From positions 565,520 to 629,519 of the forward strand of contig JAXGPC010000003.1 in the NCBI GenBank assembly GCA_040767155.1: DNA of 64,000 bases, given 5' to 3'. Shown in pieces: positions 17,149 through 27,463 of the stretch. This DNA comes from Anaerolineae bacterium (lineage in GTDB: Bacteria; Chloroflexota; Anaerolineae; B4-G1; SLSP01). Below the pieces are notes generated by a model. That model ran no database searches. It saw only the letters and a list, made by a program, of their open reading frames with translations, and was not told where the DNA came from. The position numbers and the translations under genes are program-made. The first letter of the stretch is position 1, and each line of letters starts with the position of its first letter.

Positions 17149-19530
17149 TCAACCCATCGGCAATGGCTGAAGGTCCTCACCAAACCGGTATGTCCTGCCT
17201 GCGGACGCATCGAGACGAGCGGAAAGATCACCAACCTGCAGCAGGCACTGGCCGTCGCGATCGGCAACAACCGTGACCTCACTCAGTTGTCTGCCCTTCC
17301 AGACCAGCGAGACCTCGTATCCTCCTCGCGCCCGCAACCCCTGGATGCTGCCATCGGGCCATAGGGAAGGCAGCGCCGGCAACAGGTGAAGGACTCGGAC
17401 GCCATCGTCTGAAACGCGGTGGCTCTGGAGCAACATCTCTGCAATTCCAGCCGTCGCACCGAAGTTGCCATCGATCTGGAACGGCGGATGGGCATCGAAA
17501 AGGTTCGGGTAGGTGCCCCCACCCTGCATGTAATTCGTCTCTCCACCGGTCACCAGCGTGAGCATCGTGCGGAGCATCTTATAGGAGTGGTCACCGTCGC
17601 GGAAACGTGCCCAAAGCACAATCTTCCATCCCATCGACCAACCCGTCCCTCCGTCGCCGCGCAGCTCCAGTGACCGTCGGGCCGCACGGACCAGGTCCGG
17701 TGTACACTCGGGCGTCAACTGATGGCCCGGATAGACCCCGAAGAGGTGCGACACGTGCCGGTGATGATCATCAGGGTCATCCCAGTCGTTGGACCACTCC
17801 TGAAGCTGGCCATGCTGACCGATCTGGTAGGGCAGGAGCCGGGCTCGCGCGACCTCGAGTGCAGCGCGGAAGTCGGCATCCACATCCAGAATGCGCGAAG
17901 CCTCGATGGTATGGCTGAAGAGGTCCCAGATAATGGCCAGGTCCATCGACGAGGCCACGCTGACCGCCAGTCTCTCCCCGGTCGCAGGAAGCGTGTACAG
18001 ATTCTCCGGAGAGGTCGCCGGGGCAGTCACGAGATGACCGTTGCCATCTTCGACCAGCCAATCCAGACAGAAGTGCGCAGCGCCCTTTAGAAGAGGATAG
18101 GCCTGCTCGCGCAGGTATGCCTCATCCTTTGTGAAGGCATAGTGCTCCCAGAGGTCCTGGCTCAGCCAAGCACCTCCCATAGGCCACATAGCCCACACAG
18201 GATTCCCCTGACCATAGTTGCCCACGGGCGCAGTCTGCCGCCACAAATCGCTGTTGTGGTGCGCCACCCAACCGTGACAACCGTAGTTCACCTGTGCAGT
18301 GACCGCGCCGTTGACCGCAAGCTCACCGATCATCGTCAGAAGCGGCTCGTGGCATTCACTCAGGTTACAGACTTCGGAGGGCCAGTAGTTCATCTCCGTG
18401 TTGATGTTGATCGTGTAGTTGCTGTTCCACGGAGGTGTAATCATGTCATTCCAGATGCCCTGGAGGTTGGCAGGCTGGGTGCCCGGGCGCGAACTGGCAA
18501 TCAGCAAGTAACGACCATACTGAAAATAGAGTGCCGCCATCTGCGGGTCACTGTCCTCGTGGAAGCGTGCCAGTCTCTGGTCAGTTGGGGCGCTGGCAGC
18601 GTCCGTTGTGCCGAAGTCAACGGCCACACGTCGATAGAGAGCCTGGTAGTCTTCCAGGTGCGCCTCGAGCAAGGCCGCATACCCTCGGGCGGCAGCAGCC
18701 GCAGTCTCGGCTCTCGTCGCTACAGCGGGATCGCGACCCTCGCGACCTGGCGAACGCTGGAAGCCGTTGAAGCTGGTCGCAGCGCTGAGCACGAGCACGA
18801 CTTCGTCAGCGCTCTCAACCCGGATGGCATCGGCATGGGCAAAGACACGACCGCCCGTCGCCATCACGCAAAGTCGCGCCTCAAAGGTTGCTCCCTCCCC
18901 GGCCGGCGGGTCGTAACGGATCGGATCCTCACCTTCGTGGCCCTTTGGGTCCACATGACTCGGAGCCTTGCCGCTGAGAACGAGCGTGGTCGCATTCTCA
19001 GCTTTCGTGATCGCACGCAAAGGGGTCGTCAGCCGGGCGGAGAAGGTCAATCCACCAGGCAAATCGCCCGCCAGTCTCACGATGAGCACCCGATCTGGAT
19101 AGCTGCAGAAAGAATCGCGGCGAAAGGTCTTCCCATCGACACGATAGGTCACCGAAGCCACGGCCCGCTCGAGATCCAGATCGCGCTCATAGGCCTCAAC
19201 ACTGCCTTCGTGCTTGAAGTCCAGCAGCAGGTCACCGAGCGTGAGGTAGGGCTGCGTAAAGGGACCCTGCATCTGCTTTGAGAGTTCATTCGCCGTCGCG
19301 AAGTCGCCCTTGAACAGCGCCTCGCGCACCCGGAGAAGTGCAGCTCTTGCACCCGGGTTGTTCCAATCCCGCGGGCCGCCAGCCCAGAGCGTGTCCTCGT
19401 TGAGTTGGTAGCGCTCATGCATGACACCACCAAAGACCATCGCCCCGAGCCTGCCATTGCCCAGAGGTAGCGCCTCGACCCATCGCTCCGCGGGTTTCTC
19501 ATACCACAGTCGCCACACGTTTGATGTCAT
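17149..19530 (-). CDS. glycoside hydrolase family 95 (alpha-L-fucosidase-like)
   Basis: ORF 17149..19713; preferred start MTSNVWRLWYEKPAERWVEALPLGNGRLGAMVFGG; GH95 N-terminal and (alpha/alpha)6 regions. Confidence 0.8.
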   Translation of the reverse strand: MTSNVWRLWYEKPAERWVEALPLGNGRLGAMVFGGVMHERYQLNEDTLWAGGPRDWNNPGARAALLRVREALFKGDFATANELSKQMQGPFTQPYLTLGDLLLDFKHEGSVEAYERDLDLERAVASVTYRVDGKTFRRDSFCSYPDRVLIVRLAGDLPGGLTFSARLTTPLRAITKAENATTLVLSGKAPSHVDPKGHEGEDPIRYDPPAGEGATFEARLCVMATGGRVFAHADAIRVESADEVVLVLSAATSFNGFQRSPGREGRDPAVATRAETAAAAARGYAALLEAHLEDYQALYRRVAVDFGTTDAASAPTDQRLARFHEDSDPQMAALYFQYGRYLLIASSRPGTQPANLQGIWNDMITPPWNSNYTININTEMNYWPSEVCNLSECHEPLLTMIGELAVNGAVTAQVNYGCHGWVAHHNSDLWRQTAPVGNYGQGNPVWAMWPMGGAWLSQDLWEHYAFTKDEAYLREQAYPLLKGAAHFCLDWLVEDGNGHLVTAPATSPENLYTLPATGERLAVSVASSMDLAIIWDLFSHTIEASRILDVDADFRAALEVARARLLPYQIGQHGQLQEWSNDWDDPDDHHRHVSHLFGVYPGHQLTPECTPDLVRAARRSLELRGDGGTGWSMGWKIVLWARFRDGDHSYKMLRTMLTLVTGGETNYMQGGGTYPNLFDAHPPFQIDGNFGATAGIAEMLLQSHRVSDDGVRVLHLLPALPSLWPDGSIQGLRARGGYEVSLVWKGRQLSEVTVVADRDGQCLLQVGDLSARLDASAGRTYRFGEDLQPLPMG

Positions 19531-19619
19531 CTGTATCCCCTTCAGTTCGCTATAGCGAGCCACCATCCACGAGCATCGGCGCAGTCTCTGCCCCGTTCCA
19601 GCCTTCGATACCCAGTCCC

Positions 19620-20594
19620 CTAGCTGAAGTAGCCCCGGTAGCGCTCCAGTGCGTCGAAGATCGCCGCGATGTTGTCCAGGGGCACATCCTCCCCGATCTC
19701 TGCCTTGAGCCAAAGCCCACCCTCTGGTGCACCCAGGATCTCGACGGCCTCACGCACATGGGTATCGATCTGCGCGGGCGTCGCAAAGGGGAACATCTGC
19801 CGGTCGAGATCCAGATCCACGCAGACCTTACCCTTGCATGTCCTGGCCAGGGCCTCCAGCCCGTTAGCGCCGACCTGCGGGTTGACCACGTTCACCCCAC
19901 AGTCCACGAGATCCGGAATGATCTCGACGATGTGGCCATCGGTGTGCATGTAGACGTAATACCCGGCATCACGGAACGGCCTGTAGATGGCCGAGAAGCA
20001 TGGCTTGAGGTACTTGCGCCATTTCCTCGGACTGATCGGCAGCGATTGCTGCATACCCAGATCGTCCCCAAAGGTCACGATCGACCCGGGACGACCCTGC
20101 TCCTTCAACGCCTTCAACAGGAGATCGCCCTGCCGAAGGTTGTAGGCCAGGACCTTGTCGATGAGCATCTGCAGCTCAGGTGGCTCCTCGCCGAAGTCGA
20201 CCATCAGTTCCTCAAACCCGCGGAGGTCCTGCAATCGCAGATACATGAACCCGTGAGGGAACCCGGCATCCTTCTCCGGGATCTGCAACTTGTGGACGTC
20301 AGCACGCGTGGGAACTGGGTGGCCCGTTACGATCGCCTCCATGCCTGTCTTGAGGTTGCTCCAGACGCACCCCCAGACATCCACGTGCTCCCCCTCGATG
20401 TAGGTCTCGACGTAGATTGCATCATAATCGCGGGCCTCTCCCGGCGTGCCGAAGAGCGCCGGATGCTGGGCAACGAGGTCATCCAGGGCCTCACGATACT
20501 TCATCCACGCAGCGGGAAGGATCCCAACCGAGACGGGAATCATCTCGGGTCTGTCGAAGGTCAGGGATTTGATGCGATCGTGTTCAAGCGTCAC
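19620..20594 (-). CDS. URO-D-like family protein, paralogue of 825..1949
   Basis: ORF 19620..20705 overlaps the upstream gene by about 100 nt; likely GTG start at about 20594 (VTLEHDRIKSLTFDRPEMIPVSVG) with GGAGA RBS 4 nt after the upstream stop; alternative first ATG at 20543; URO-D-like C-terminal half (YVYMHTDGHIVE...). Confidence 0.65.
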   Translation of the reverse strand: MTLEHDRIKSLTFDRPEMIPVSVGILPAAWMKYREALDDLVAQHPALFGTPGEARDYDAIYVETYIEGEHVDVWGCVWSNLKTGMEAIVTGHPVPTRADVHKLQIPEKDAGFPHGFMYLRLQDLRGFEELMVDFGEEPPELQMLIDKVLAYNLRQGDLLLKALKEQGRPGSIVTFGDDLGMQQSLPISPRKWRKYLKPCFSAIYRPFRDAGYYVYMHTDGHIVEIIPDLVDCGVNVVNPQVGANGLEALARTCKGKVCVDLDLDRQMFPFATPAQIDTHVREAVEILGAPEGGLWLKAEIGEDVPLDNIAAIFDALERYRGYFS

Positions 20595-20598
20595 GTGT

Positions 20599-21345
20599 TC
20601 AGTCTCCTTGAGATAGGTCGTCGCTGGTGATCGATGGGCACCAGAATCGCTCAATGTAGCCGATGACAAGCTGAGTGCCCGTGTCATGATCCACGTACGG
20701 GGCACGGGCCGGATTGTACATCGCGTCCGTCAGATCGCGTACCAGAGCTACCGGGACTCGCCACCGCACCATTTGCTTGATGCCGAACGAGCGATTCAGC
20801 ACACACATGTTGGTGTGCACCCCCATGATGAGCAACTGCTCGATGTCCCAGAGTCGCAGGAGGTTATGGACCTCTCCGCCGTCGTCGGAGATCGCGTCTT
20901 GTTCGTGATCGATCCGGATCGCCGGGTGTTGGCGCGACCAGGCGCGGAAGGGATGCAGCTCACCGGTGTCGGATCCTTCATCGGAGTCATCGATGGGCAG
21001 CGGTGGATCCGCATGCTGAATGGGTTCAGGGGTCGGGATTGCCGGCGCTGCCAGAGCCCGATCCCTGGCCGGAGTTCCCGCGTAAGCAGCCAGAGTATCG
21101 GATGGGGCATGGATGATATGCACCCCCCTGGCACGCGCAACGCCGATGACATGGTCCATCACCGGAGCCATCGCATCAACACGCTCCGTAGCGCCACGGC
21201 TCCAGTGGGCATCCCACATGTCACAGATCAGGATTGCGGTTCTGGTAGCAGGCACCCGCCTCTGGAGCGTTTCGACACGCCACATCGCATGCCCGCCCCC
21301 GTCTTTGTCGAGACACCACTGGCGAAGGTTCAGTTTGAAATCCAT
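20599..21345 (-). CDS. isochorismatase-family cysteine hydrolase
   Basis: 248 aa; AILICDMWDAHW and LLIMGVHTNMCVLNRSFG motifs. Confidence 0.7.
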   Translation of the reverse strand: MDFKLNLRQWCLDKDGGGHAMWRVETLQRRVPATRTAILICDMWDAHWSRGATERVDAMAPVMDHVIGVARARGVHIIHAPSDTLAAYAGTPARDRALAAPAIPTPEPIQHADPPLPIDDSDEGSDTGELHPFRAWSRQHPAIRIDHEQDAISDDGGEVHNLLRLWDIEQLLIMGVHTNMCVLNRSFGIKQMVRWRVPVALVRDLTDAMYNPARAPYVDHDTGTQLVIGYIERFWCPSITSDDLSQGD

Positions 21346-21472
21346 CGTTGGCTCCGTAACCTGTCATGATGGGTCGCGCCGCCCCATCGCGTTCGGAGCG
21401 GCGCAGAAACATTGTAGTGTCGATCAGAGGCCGGTCAAAACAGCGGAGTCGGCTGGACCGGTGCAGGTTGTG

Positions 21473-21748
21473 CTATCGTCTTCTGCTCACCAACTCCGCC
21501 CGAACCGCGTCGAGGGTCAACCCGCGCGACGCCAGCAGGACGAGGAGATGGTACAGCAGATCCGCCGACTCCTCAACGAGGCGCTGGTCGCTCTGGCCCT
21601 TCCCCGCCAGTACCACCTCGATGGCCTCCTCGCCCACCTTCTTGAGCGCCTCGTCACCATCGGCAAGCAGCTTGGCCGTATACGAACCCGCTGTCGGGTT
21701 CTCTTTGCGATCGAGGATCACCGCGAAGAGTTCATCCAAAACATCCAT
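21473..21748 (-). CDS. hisE: phosphoribosyl-ATP pyrophosphatase
   Basis: 91 aa ...TAKLLADGDEALKKVGEEAIEVVLA...ESADLLYHLLVLL. Confidence 0.85.
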   Translation of the reverse strand: MDVLDELFAVILDRKENPTAGSYTAKLLADGDEALKKVGEEAIEVVLAGKGQSDQRLVEESADLLYHLLVLLASRGLTLDAVRAELVSRRR

Positions 21749-21754
21749 ACCACC

Positions 21755-22099
21755 CTATCCTTCCTCTGACCAAATCCTGCGGTAGAAACAGCTCTGCGCC
21801 CCGGTATGGCACGCTGGCCCTGCCGGGTCGACCCTCAGGAGCAGGACGTCGGCGTCGCAGTCCACCCAGATCTCGCGTACGCGCTGGACATTTCCAGACG
21901 TGGCGCCCTTGTGCCACAACGTCTGACGGCTCCGGCTCCAGAAATGGGCTTCTCCTGTCTCCTGAGTGAGCCGCAGTGCCTCGGCGTTCATCCAGGCGAC
22001 CATCAGCACCTGACCCGTCTCCGCGTCCTGGAGCACCGCCGGAATCAGACCACGATCGTCATACCTCAGAGTGTCAACAGTCTCCATAGGGTCGCTCAC
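21755..22099 (-). CDS. hisI: phosphoribosyl-AMP cyclohydrolase
   Basis: 114 aa ...[26 protein letters not shown]...WHKGATSGN...[19 protein letters not shown]. Confidence 0.85.
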   Translation of the reverse strand: MSDPMETVDTLRYDDRGLIPAVLQDAETGQVLMVAWMNAEALRLTQETGEAHFWSRSRQTLWHKGATSGNVQRVREIWVDCDADVLLLRVDPAGPACHTGAQSCFYRRIWSEEG

Positions 22100-22866
22100 G
22101 AGCGTCGAACCGGGATGCCGTGCTGCGCGAGGTAGTCCTTGACCTCGTTGATAGTCAGGACCCGATCGTGGAAGAGTGACGCGGCCAGGGCGGCATCGGC
22201 CTTGCCATCCGTCAGTACCTCGGCGAAGTGTTCCAACGTGCCAGCACCACCGCTTGCGATCACTGGTACGGAAACGGCCTCGGCGACGGCCCGAGTCAGT
22301 GCCACATCATACCCCGCAAGCGTGCCGTCACTGTCCATGCTCGTGAGGAGGATCTCCCCCGCACCGAGCTCCACGCCACGCACACACCACGCGATAGCGT
22401 CCAGGCCCATTGGAATCCTGCCACCGCTGACATAGACCTCCCAGCGTGCCGGATCGACGGCCACACGCTTCGCGTCCACAGCCAGGACGATGCACTGGCT
22501 GCCGAAGTGCTCCGCACCGGCGGTCAAGATCTCAGGCGTGCGGACGGCAGCGGAGTTCAAGCTTACCTTGTCCGCCCCAGCCAGGAGCAAGGCCCGGACG
22601 TCGTCGATGGTGCGCACACCGCCGCCAACAGTAAAGGGCATGAAGACCTCTCCGGCGACCTGTCGGACAACCTCGATCATGGTCTGCCGGCCTTCATGGG
22701 TCGCAGAAATATCCAGAAAGACCAGTTCGTCTGCGCCCTGAGCGTCATAGGCACGCGCCTGCTCGACCGGGTCACCCGCATCCCGCAGGTTGACGAAATT
22801 GACACCTTTGACAACTCGGCCCTCTTTAACGTCCAGACACGGAATGATCCGCTTGGCTAACATCAC
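22096..22866 (-). CDS. hisF: imidazole glycerol phosphate synthase cyclase subunit
   Basis: 256 aa [23 protein letters not shown]...; 4-nt overlaps with neighbouring genes. Confidence 0.9.
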   Translation of the reverse strand: MMLAKRIIPCLDVKEGRVVKGVNFVNLRDAGDPVEQARAYDAQGADELVFLDISATHEGRQTMIEVVRQVAGEVFMPFTVGGGVRTIDDVRALLLAGADKVSLNSAAVRTPEILTAGAEHFGSQCIVLAVDAKRVAVDPARWEVYVSGGRIPMGLDAIAWCVRGVELGAGEILLTSMDSDGTLAGYDVALTRAVAEAVSVPVIASGGAGTLEHFAEVLTDGKADAALAASLFHDRVLTINEVKDYLAQHGIPVRRS

Positions 22867-23717
22867 GCCTCCTTACCTGCTTGAAGTGCTTCAGCGAGGT
22901 CGACCTGACCTTCGTACAGCGCGCGCCCGATGATGATGCCCGACAGGCCTGCCTCCCGCACACGTATCACGTCCTCCAGGGAACGTACACCGCCCGAGGC
23001 AATCACGTTCAGCCCGGCCTCGCGCGCGATGTCAACCGTGGCGGCGACGTTGATGCCACGCCCCATCCCGTCCCGCGAGATATCGGTGAAGACAAGCCAA
23101 CGCCCGCCGTCGGCAGCCCATCGCCGTGCCAGCTCGCTCGCCTGCAACGCGGCCTCGGTTCCGGCGCCCGTAGGCGTTCCGACGCCCTCCAGCGTTCTGA
23201 CGCCCTCCAGCGTTCTGACGCCCTCCAGCGTTCTGACGCCCTCCAGCGTTCTGACGCCCTCATCCCGACGTGCTCCCTCCTGCCATCCCCGGATCCGCAC
23301 TATTCCGTCCAACGCATCGATCCCCAGTGCCACCCGCTCCGGTCCATACCGTTGGAGCGCTTCAATCACGAAGGCCGGACTCTCAACATACGCCGTGCCC
23401 GCAACAACGCGCGAGACTCCCAGTTCCAGTGCCCGAGACAGCGATGCCATATCACGCAGGCCGCCACCAAACTGCACAGAGAGCGAGCACTCCAGTATCG
23501 CCGCAAGTGCTGTGTGATTTGCAATCCCATGCTCTCCGAAGGCCCCATCGAGATTCACCACATGGAGCCATTGCGCACCCGCCGCCTGCCATTGCTGCGC
23601 CACACGCAGCGGATCGGTACTATAGGAAGTCTCCCGCTCCGGATCGCCCTGCGCCAGCCGCACAACGCGCCCCTGTCGCAAGTCGATCGCCGGATAGATC
23701 GTAAACGCCTCCATCAA
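22863..23717 (-). CDS. hisA: ProFAR isomerase, with an in-frame 18-nt tandem-repeat insertion
   Basis: 284 aa [21 protein letters not shown]...; loop insertion [30 protein letters not shown] encoded by the 18-nt repeat. Confidence 0.85.
   Translation of the reverse strand: MMEAFTIYPAIDLRQGRVVRLAQGDPERETSYSTDPLRVAQQWQAAGAQWLHVVNLDGAFGEHGIANHTALAAILECSLSVQFGGGLRDMASLSRALELGVSRVVAGTAYVESPAFVIEALQRYGPERVALGIDALDGIVRIRGWQEGARRDEGVRTLEGVRTLEGVRTLEGVRTLEGVGTPTGAGTEAALQASELARRWAADGGRWLVFTDISRDGMGRGINVAATVDIAREAGLNVIASGGVRSLEDVIRVREAGLSGIIIGRALYEGQVDLAEALQAGKEA
23175..23260 (-). repeat. in-frame 18-nt tandem repeat (CGTTCTGACGCCCTCCAG, about 4.8 copies) inside hisA
   Basis: One variant copy, three perfect copies and one partial copy; encodes (LEGVRT)n. 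Confidence 0.9.
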
Positions 23718-23760
23718 ATGTCCTCCTCGCTTCCCCTTCCAACCGGGCCTCTAGCCACCC

Positions 23761-24414
23761 TCATGACACACGCTGCACAAAGTTGCGCAAGATGGCCAGC
23801 CCGATGGACTGGCTCTTCTCGGGGTGGAACTGCGTGCCATAGAGGTTGCCCCGGCCCACAACGGAAGCGAAAGGGCCACCGTAGTCCGTCGTGGCCAGGG
23901 TGTTTTCAACTGCGGCCTGACAGACATAGCCGTGGTTGAAGTAGGCCCAGGCATGCTCGGGTAAGCCGTGGAGCAAGGGAGTCGACACGACAGGTTCGAC
24001 CAGATTCCACCCGGTATGTGGCACCTTGAGCGATGTACGCACTGCGAAACGCGTCACGCGGCCTGGCAGCAACCCGAGACCCTCGGACCCGCCCAGTTCC
24101 TCACCATAGTCGAAGAGCACCTGCATTCCCACGCAGATCCCCAGAAAAGGCGTTCCAGAGGCAACAACGTGGCGAATCGGCTCCACCAGACCCAGTCGGG
24201 TCAGGCTCCGCATACAGTCAGCGAAGGCTCCAACGCCCGGTAGGACGACTTTCTCAGCGATCAGCACGATTTCGGGGTCATGCGTCACGATCACGTCGGT
24301 TCTGACCGCCCCGGTTCTGACCGCCCCGGTTCTGACCGCCCCGGCCCCAGCCGCCTGAAGTGCCTTGTGGACCGACCGTACATTGCCGGCGCCGTAGTCG
24401 ATCAACGCGATCAT
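23761..24414 (-). CDS. hisH: imidazole glycerol phosphate synthase glutamine amidotransferase subunit, with an in-frame 15-nt tandem-repeat insertion
   Basis: 217 aa [15 protein letters not shown]...GICVGMQVL...HPEKS; N-terminal insertion GAVRTGAVRTGAVRT. Confidence 0.85.
   Translation of the reverse strand: MIALIDYGAGNVRSVHKALQAAGAGAVRTGAVRTGAVRTDVIVTHDPEIVLIAEKVVLPGVGAFADCMRSLTRLGLVEPIRHVVASGTPFLGICVGMQVLFDYGEELGGSEGLGLLPGRVTRFAVRTSLKVPHTGWNLVEPVVSTPLLHGLPEHAWAYFNHGYVCQAAVENTLATTDYGGPFASVVGRGNLYGTQFHPEKSQSIGLAILRNFVQRVS
24298..24342 (-). repeat. in-frame 15-nt tandem repeat (GGTTCTGACCGCCCC x3) inside hisH
   Basis: Three perfect copies encoding (GAVRT)3; shares the GTTCTGAC(C)GCCC core with the hisA repeat. 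Confidence 0.9.
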
Positions 24415-25001
24415 CAGAGCACGCCCTTGGTGGATGGGACCGATCCGCTGCGCCGCGGATCCAACCGGGTGGCGACATCCAACGCCCGCCCCAACGCCTT
24501 GAACAGCGCCTCGGCCTTGTGATGGTCATCTCGCCCATAAAGCACCCGGGCGTGGATGTTAGCCCGGGCCGTGACCGCAAGGGAGACGAAGAAGTGCTCC
24601 CAGAGCGTCACAGGGATGCACCCCGTCATGGGTCCAGTCCACGTGACGTCGACTGTTGCATAGGGACGCCCTGACAGGTCAACAGCGACGAAGCCAAGAG
24701 CCTCGTCCATTGGCACATAGGCGGATCCCATCCGGGCGATGCCCGCGCGGTCACCGAGTGCTGTGTCTATCGCCGAGCCCAACACAAGCGCCACATCCTC
24801 GACTGTGTGGTGCGGGTCGACGTCAAGATCGCCCTCGGCCCGAACTCTAAGATCGAACAGCGAATGAACGGCGACGTGGGTGAGCATGTGATCCAGGAAG
24901 CCCAGTCCGGTCACAATGTCGTGCTTGCCCGTGCCATCGAGCCTCAACGATACCTCAACCCGCGTCTCGCGCGTCTCGCGTCTCAGATCTGCAGTACGCA
25001 T
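24414..25001 (-). CDS. hisB: imidazoleglycerol-phosphate dehydratase
   Basis: 195 aa ...[42 protein letters not shown]...; N-terminal RETRETR repeat. Confidence 0.85.
   Translation of the reverse strand: MRTADLRRETRETRVEVSLRLDGTGKHDIVTGLGFLDHMLTHVAVHSLFDLRVRAEGDLDVDPHHTVEDVALVLGSAIDTALGDRAGIARMGSAYVPMDEALGFVAVDLSGRPYATVDVTWTGPMTGCIPVTLWEHFFVSLAVTARANIHARVLYGRDDHHKAEALFKALGRALDVATRLDPRRSGSVPSTKGVL
24961..24984 (-). repeat. in-frame 9-nt tandem repeat (CGCGTCTCG, about 2.7 copies) at the hisB 5' end
   Basis: Encodes RETRETR at residues 8-14 of HisB. Confidence 0.8.
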
Positions 25002-25028
25002 GCTCTCCTCCTCATTCGGGTCGACCGC

Positions 25029-26120
25029 CTATGCAAGCTTCCTGAGCGCGCTGATCACCACCGCAGTCTGCTCAGGCTTGCCCACCGTGAACCGCACATA
25101 GTCGGCCAATCTCGGTGTGGCATAGGTGCGGACCAGGATTCCTTCCCCCTCCAGCGCCAGTTTCAGCGCCTCAGCACTGCGGCCCATCAAGCGGCACAGG
25201 ATGAAGTTCGACTCGGACGGATAGGGCTGTATGTAAGACACAGATCCCAGAATCCCCGAAAAACGAGCGCGCTCCTTCACAATCCGCTCGACCTTATCCG
25301 TGAGCCACGGCAGATCGCCCAGTGCGGCAATCGCGGCGGCTGAGGCCGCGACCGACACATTGTACGGCTGTTTGATCTTCCAGAGATGCGCCATCAACGC
25401 CTCCGGAAATGCGCCATATCCCACCCTCAGACCAGCAAGTCCAGCAAGCTTGCTGAAGGTGCGCAGGACGATGAGGTTATCTCGCAGAGGCACTTGCCGG
25501 ATGCGGCTACGGGCCATTCCAGCGAACTCGACGTACGCCTCATCCAGCACTACCACCACCGGCAATGCCAACAGCCGCTCCAGCACTTCATCGGCAAGCC
25601 AACTCCCATCGGGGTTATTGGGCGATGCCACAAAGATCAGCTTTGGTCGGTGCCGGTGTACTGCGGCTTCCACAGCCTCGATGTCAACGTCAAAGTCGGC
25701 GCGACGCTCCACCGCGACCACCTTCGCTCCATTGATGGCTGCGTCGAACGGATACATCCCAAATGTTGGGGGACAGTTAAGAACTGTATCACCAGGCTGT
25801 AGGAACAGGCGCATCACAAGGTCGATCAACTCATCGGCGCCTGCCCCAGCCAGGAGAAAGTCGCCCGGCACCCCGGCAAACGCCGAGAGAGCCTTCCTGA
25901 GCTCACGGCTCTCCGGGTCGGGGTAGATATGGGCGTCCTGCAGATTCGCCAACGCCGCACGCACACGCGGCGAGGGCCCGTAGGGATTTTCGTTGGCATC
26001 CAGCTTGATGATATCCTCAGGCGCGCGCCCCAGCCGCGCAGCCACGACCTCGAACGGGTAGATCGGCGTGTACGGCTCCATCGTAGCGATGTCAGGCCGG
26101 ATCAAGTCGGTTGCATTCAT
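25029..26120 (-). CDS. hisC: histidinol-phosphate aminotransferase
   Basis: 363 aa class-II aminotransferase ...KLDANENPYGPSP...SPNNPDG...RTFSKLAGLAGLRVGY. Confidence 0.85.
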   Translation of the reverse strand: MNATDLIRPDIATMEPYTPIYPFEVVAARLGRAPEDIIKLDANENPYGPSPRVRAALANLQDAHIYPDPESRELRKALSAFAGVPGDFLLAGAGADELIDLVMRLFLQPGDTVLNCPPTFGMYPFDAAINGAKVVAVERRADFDVDIEAVEAAVHRHRPKLIFVASPNNPDGSWLADEVLERLLALPVVVVLDEAYVEFAGMARSRIRQVPLRDNLIVLRTFSKLAGLAGLRVGYGAFPEALMAHLWKIKQPYNVSVAASAAAIAALGDLPWLTDKVERIVKERARFSGILGSVSYIQPYPSESNFILCRLMGRSAEALKLALEGEGILVRTYATPRLADYVRFTVGKPEQTAVVISALRKLA

Positions 26121-27463
26121 GATTTCCTCGAGGCTCCAGTGACCCTCCAGCGCGCGGCAGCGGCATGGGCTGTTAGAGACTCAGCCGATGCAATCTTATC
26201 AGCATCGGCCGCCAATGCGCGCGCAGTCTCAGCATCCAGTCCAATGACGTTGATGACCTTGACGAAGTCAAGAACGTTCACCGGTCCGGTGAATCGCGCC
26301 GTCCCGCCAGTGGGCATGATGTGGCTCGGACCAGCGACGTAGTCACCCAACACCTCAAAGGAGTGTTCGCCGATGAAAATCCCCCCCGCATTGCGAATCT
26401 TCCCGGCCCACGCGTCAGGCTCGGCAACCGACAGGCACAGATGCTCCGGTGCGAACTGGTTGGCGAGCGCGACTGCCGCGGCCAGGTCTGGGGTCAGGAC
26501 GATGCCGCCCTGACCGGCCAGTGAGGTGCGGATCACTTCAGCGCGACTGAGCTCTCCTGTCTGCCGCGTGACTTCGGTCTGCACCGCCTCAGCCAGGGTC
26601 CGCGATGGCGTAAGCAGAATCGCCGTTGCCAGGACATCGTGCTCAGCTTGCGCGAGTAAATCCGCTGCAACCCATGCCGGGTCAGCCGTGTCATCGGCAA
26701 CCACCACGGTCTCCGTCGGCCCATACAGCCCATCGAGCCCCACAATCCCATAGACCTGGCGCTTTGCTACCGTCGTGAAGAGCCCTCCTGCGCCCACCAC
26801 TTTGTCCACGCGGGGAACACTCTCTGTACCATACGTCAGCGCTCCCACGGCCAATGCACCGCCCAGGGCAAAGACCCGGTCGACGCCTGCGACAAAGGCA
26901 GCCGCGAGAATCAGCGGCGTGGGAAGACCAGTACCCCTATCCGCTGGCGTGCATACGATGATCTCGTCCACACCTGCCACGCGTGCCGGTACGGCGCCCA
27001 TGAGCAACGAGGAGGGTAGCGGTGCTGTCCCCCCTGGAACGTAAAGCCCAACACGCTCGAGCGGTACCAACCTCTGTCCCAGCGTGCCACCCATGGCGTT
27101 AGTAGTCCAGTTCTCGATCGGCTGAAGAGCGTGGAAGTCGCGGATACGTCCCGCCGAACGTTCCAGCGCTTCCCTCAGCGCCGGATCCAGAGACCGGTAA
27201 GCGGCCTCCCATTCAGCCTTCGGAATCTCCAGTGTCGCGACCTTGACCCCATCGATGCGTTCTGTCCACTCAATCAGGGCCGCATCGCCGCGCACTCGCA
27301 CGTCAGCCAGCAAGCGCGCAACCGCGGCCTCGGGCGTCAGCGGTTCACCAAAGACCCGAGCGATACTTGCCAGAACGACTTCGGGTACATCCTCAACCGT
27401 CTCCATCGTACGCCGTGTCAGTATCCGCGCGCCCGCCGCAGGACTGTCGTAGATCGTGATCAT
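26117..27463 (-). CDS. hisD: histidinol dehydrogenase
   Basis: 448 aa ...GLYVPGGTAPLPSS...AQAEHD...IFIGEHSFEVLGDYVAGPSHIMPTGGTARF. Confidence 0.9.
   Translation of the reverse strand: MITIYDSPAAGARILTRRTMETVEDVPEVVLASIARVFGEPLTPEAAVARLLADVRVRGDAALIEWTERIDGVKVATLEIPKAEWEAAYRSLDPALREALERSAGRIRDFHALQPIENWTTNAMGGTLGQRLVPLERVGLYVPGGTAPLPSSLLMGAVPARVAGVDEIIVCTPADRGTGLPTPLILAAAFVAGVDRVFALGGALAVGALTYGTESVPRVDKVVGAGGLFTTVAKRQVYGIVGLDGLYGPTETVVVADDTADPAWVAADLLAQAEHDVLATAILLTPSRTLAEAVQTEVTRQTGELSRAEVIRTSLAGQGGIVLTPDLAAAVALANQFAPEHLCLSVAEPDAWAGKIRNAGGIFIGEHSFEVLGDYVAGPSHIMPTGGTARFTGPVNVLDFVKVINVIGLDAETARALAADADKIASAESLTAHAAAARWRVTGASRKS

Noticed and set aside
18142-19281. Long antisense ORFs (e.g. 18142..19281 +, 12158..13618 -, 19521..20630 +, 22881..23939 +, 7867..8709 -, 35700..36239 -, 46198..46851 -)
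   Set aside because: Each lies opposite a well-supported gene (GH95, GH51-like, URO-D-like, hisA/hisH, GH propeller, folC, ftsY). Their products are Arg/Pro/Ala-rich low-complexity sequences typical of stop-codon-poor antisense frames in high-GC DNA.
23009-23280. Possible CRISPR array or mobile repeat at the 18-nt tandem repeats
   Set aside because: Units are directly adjacent with no spacers and in-frame within hisA (15-nt units in hisH). This is a coding microsatellite, not a CRISPR array; no cas genes are in the window.
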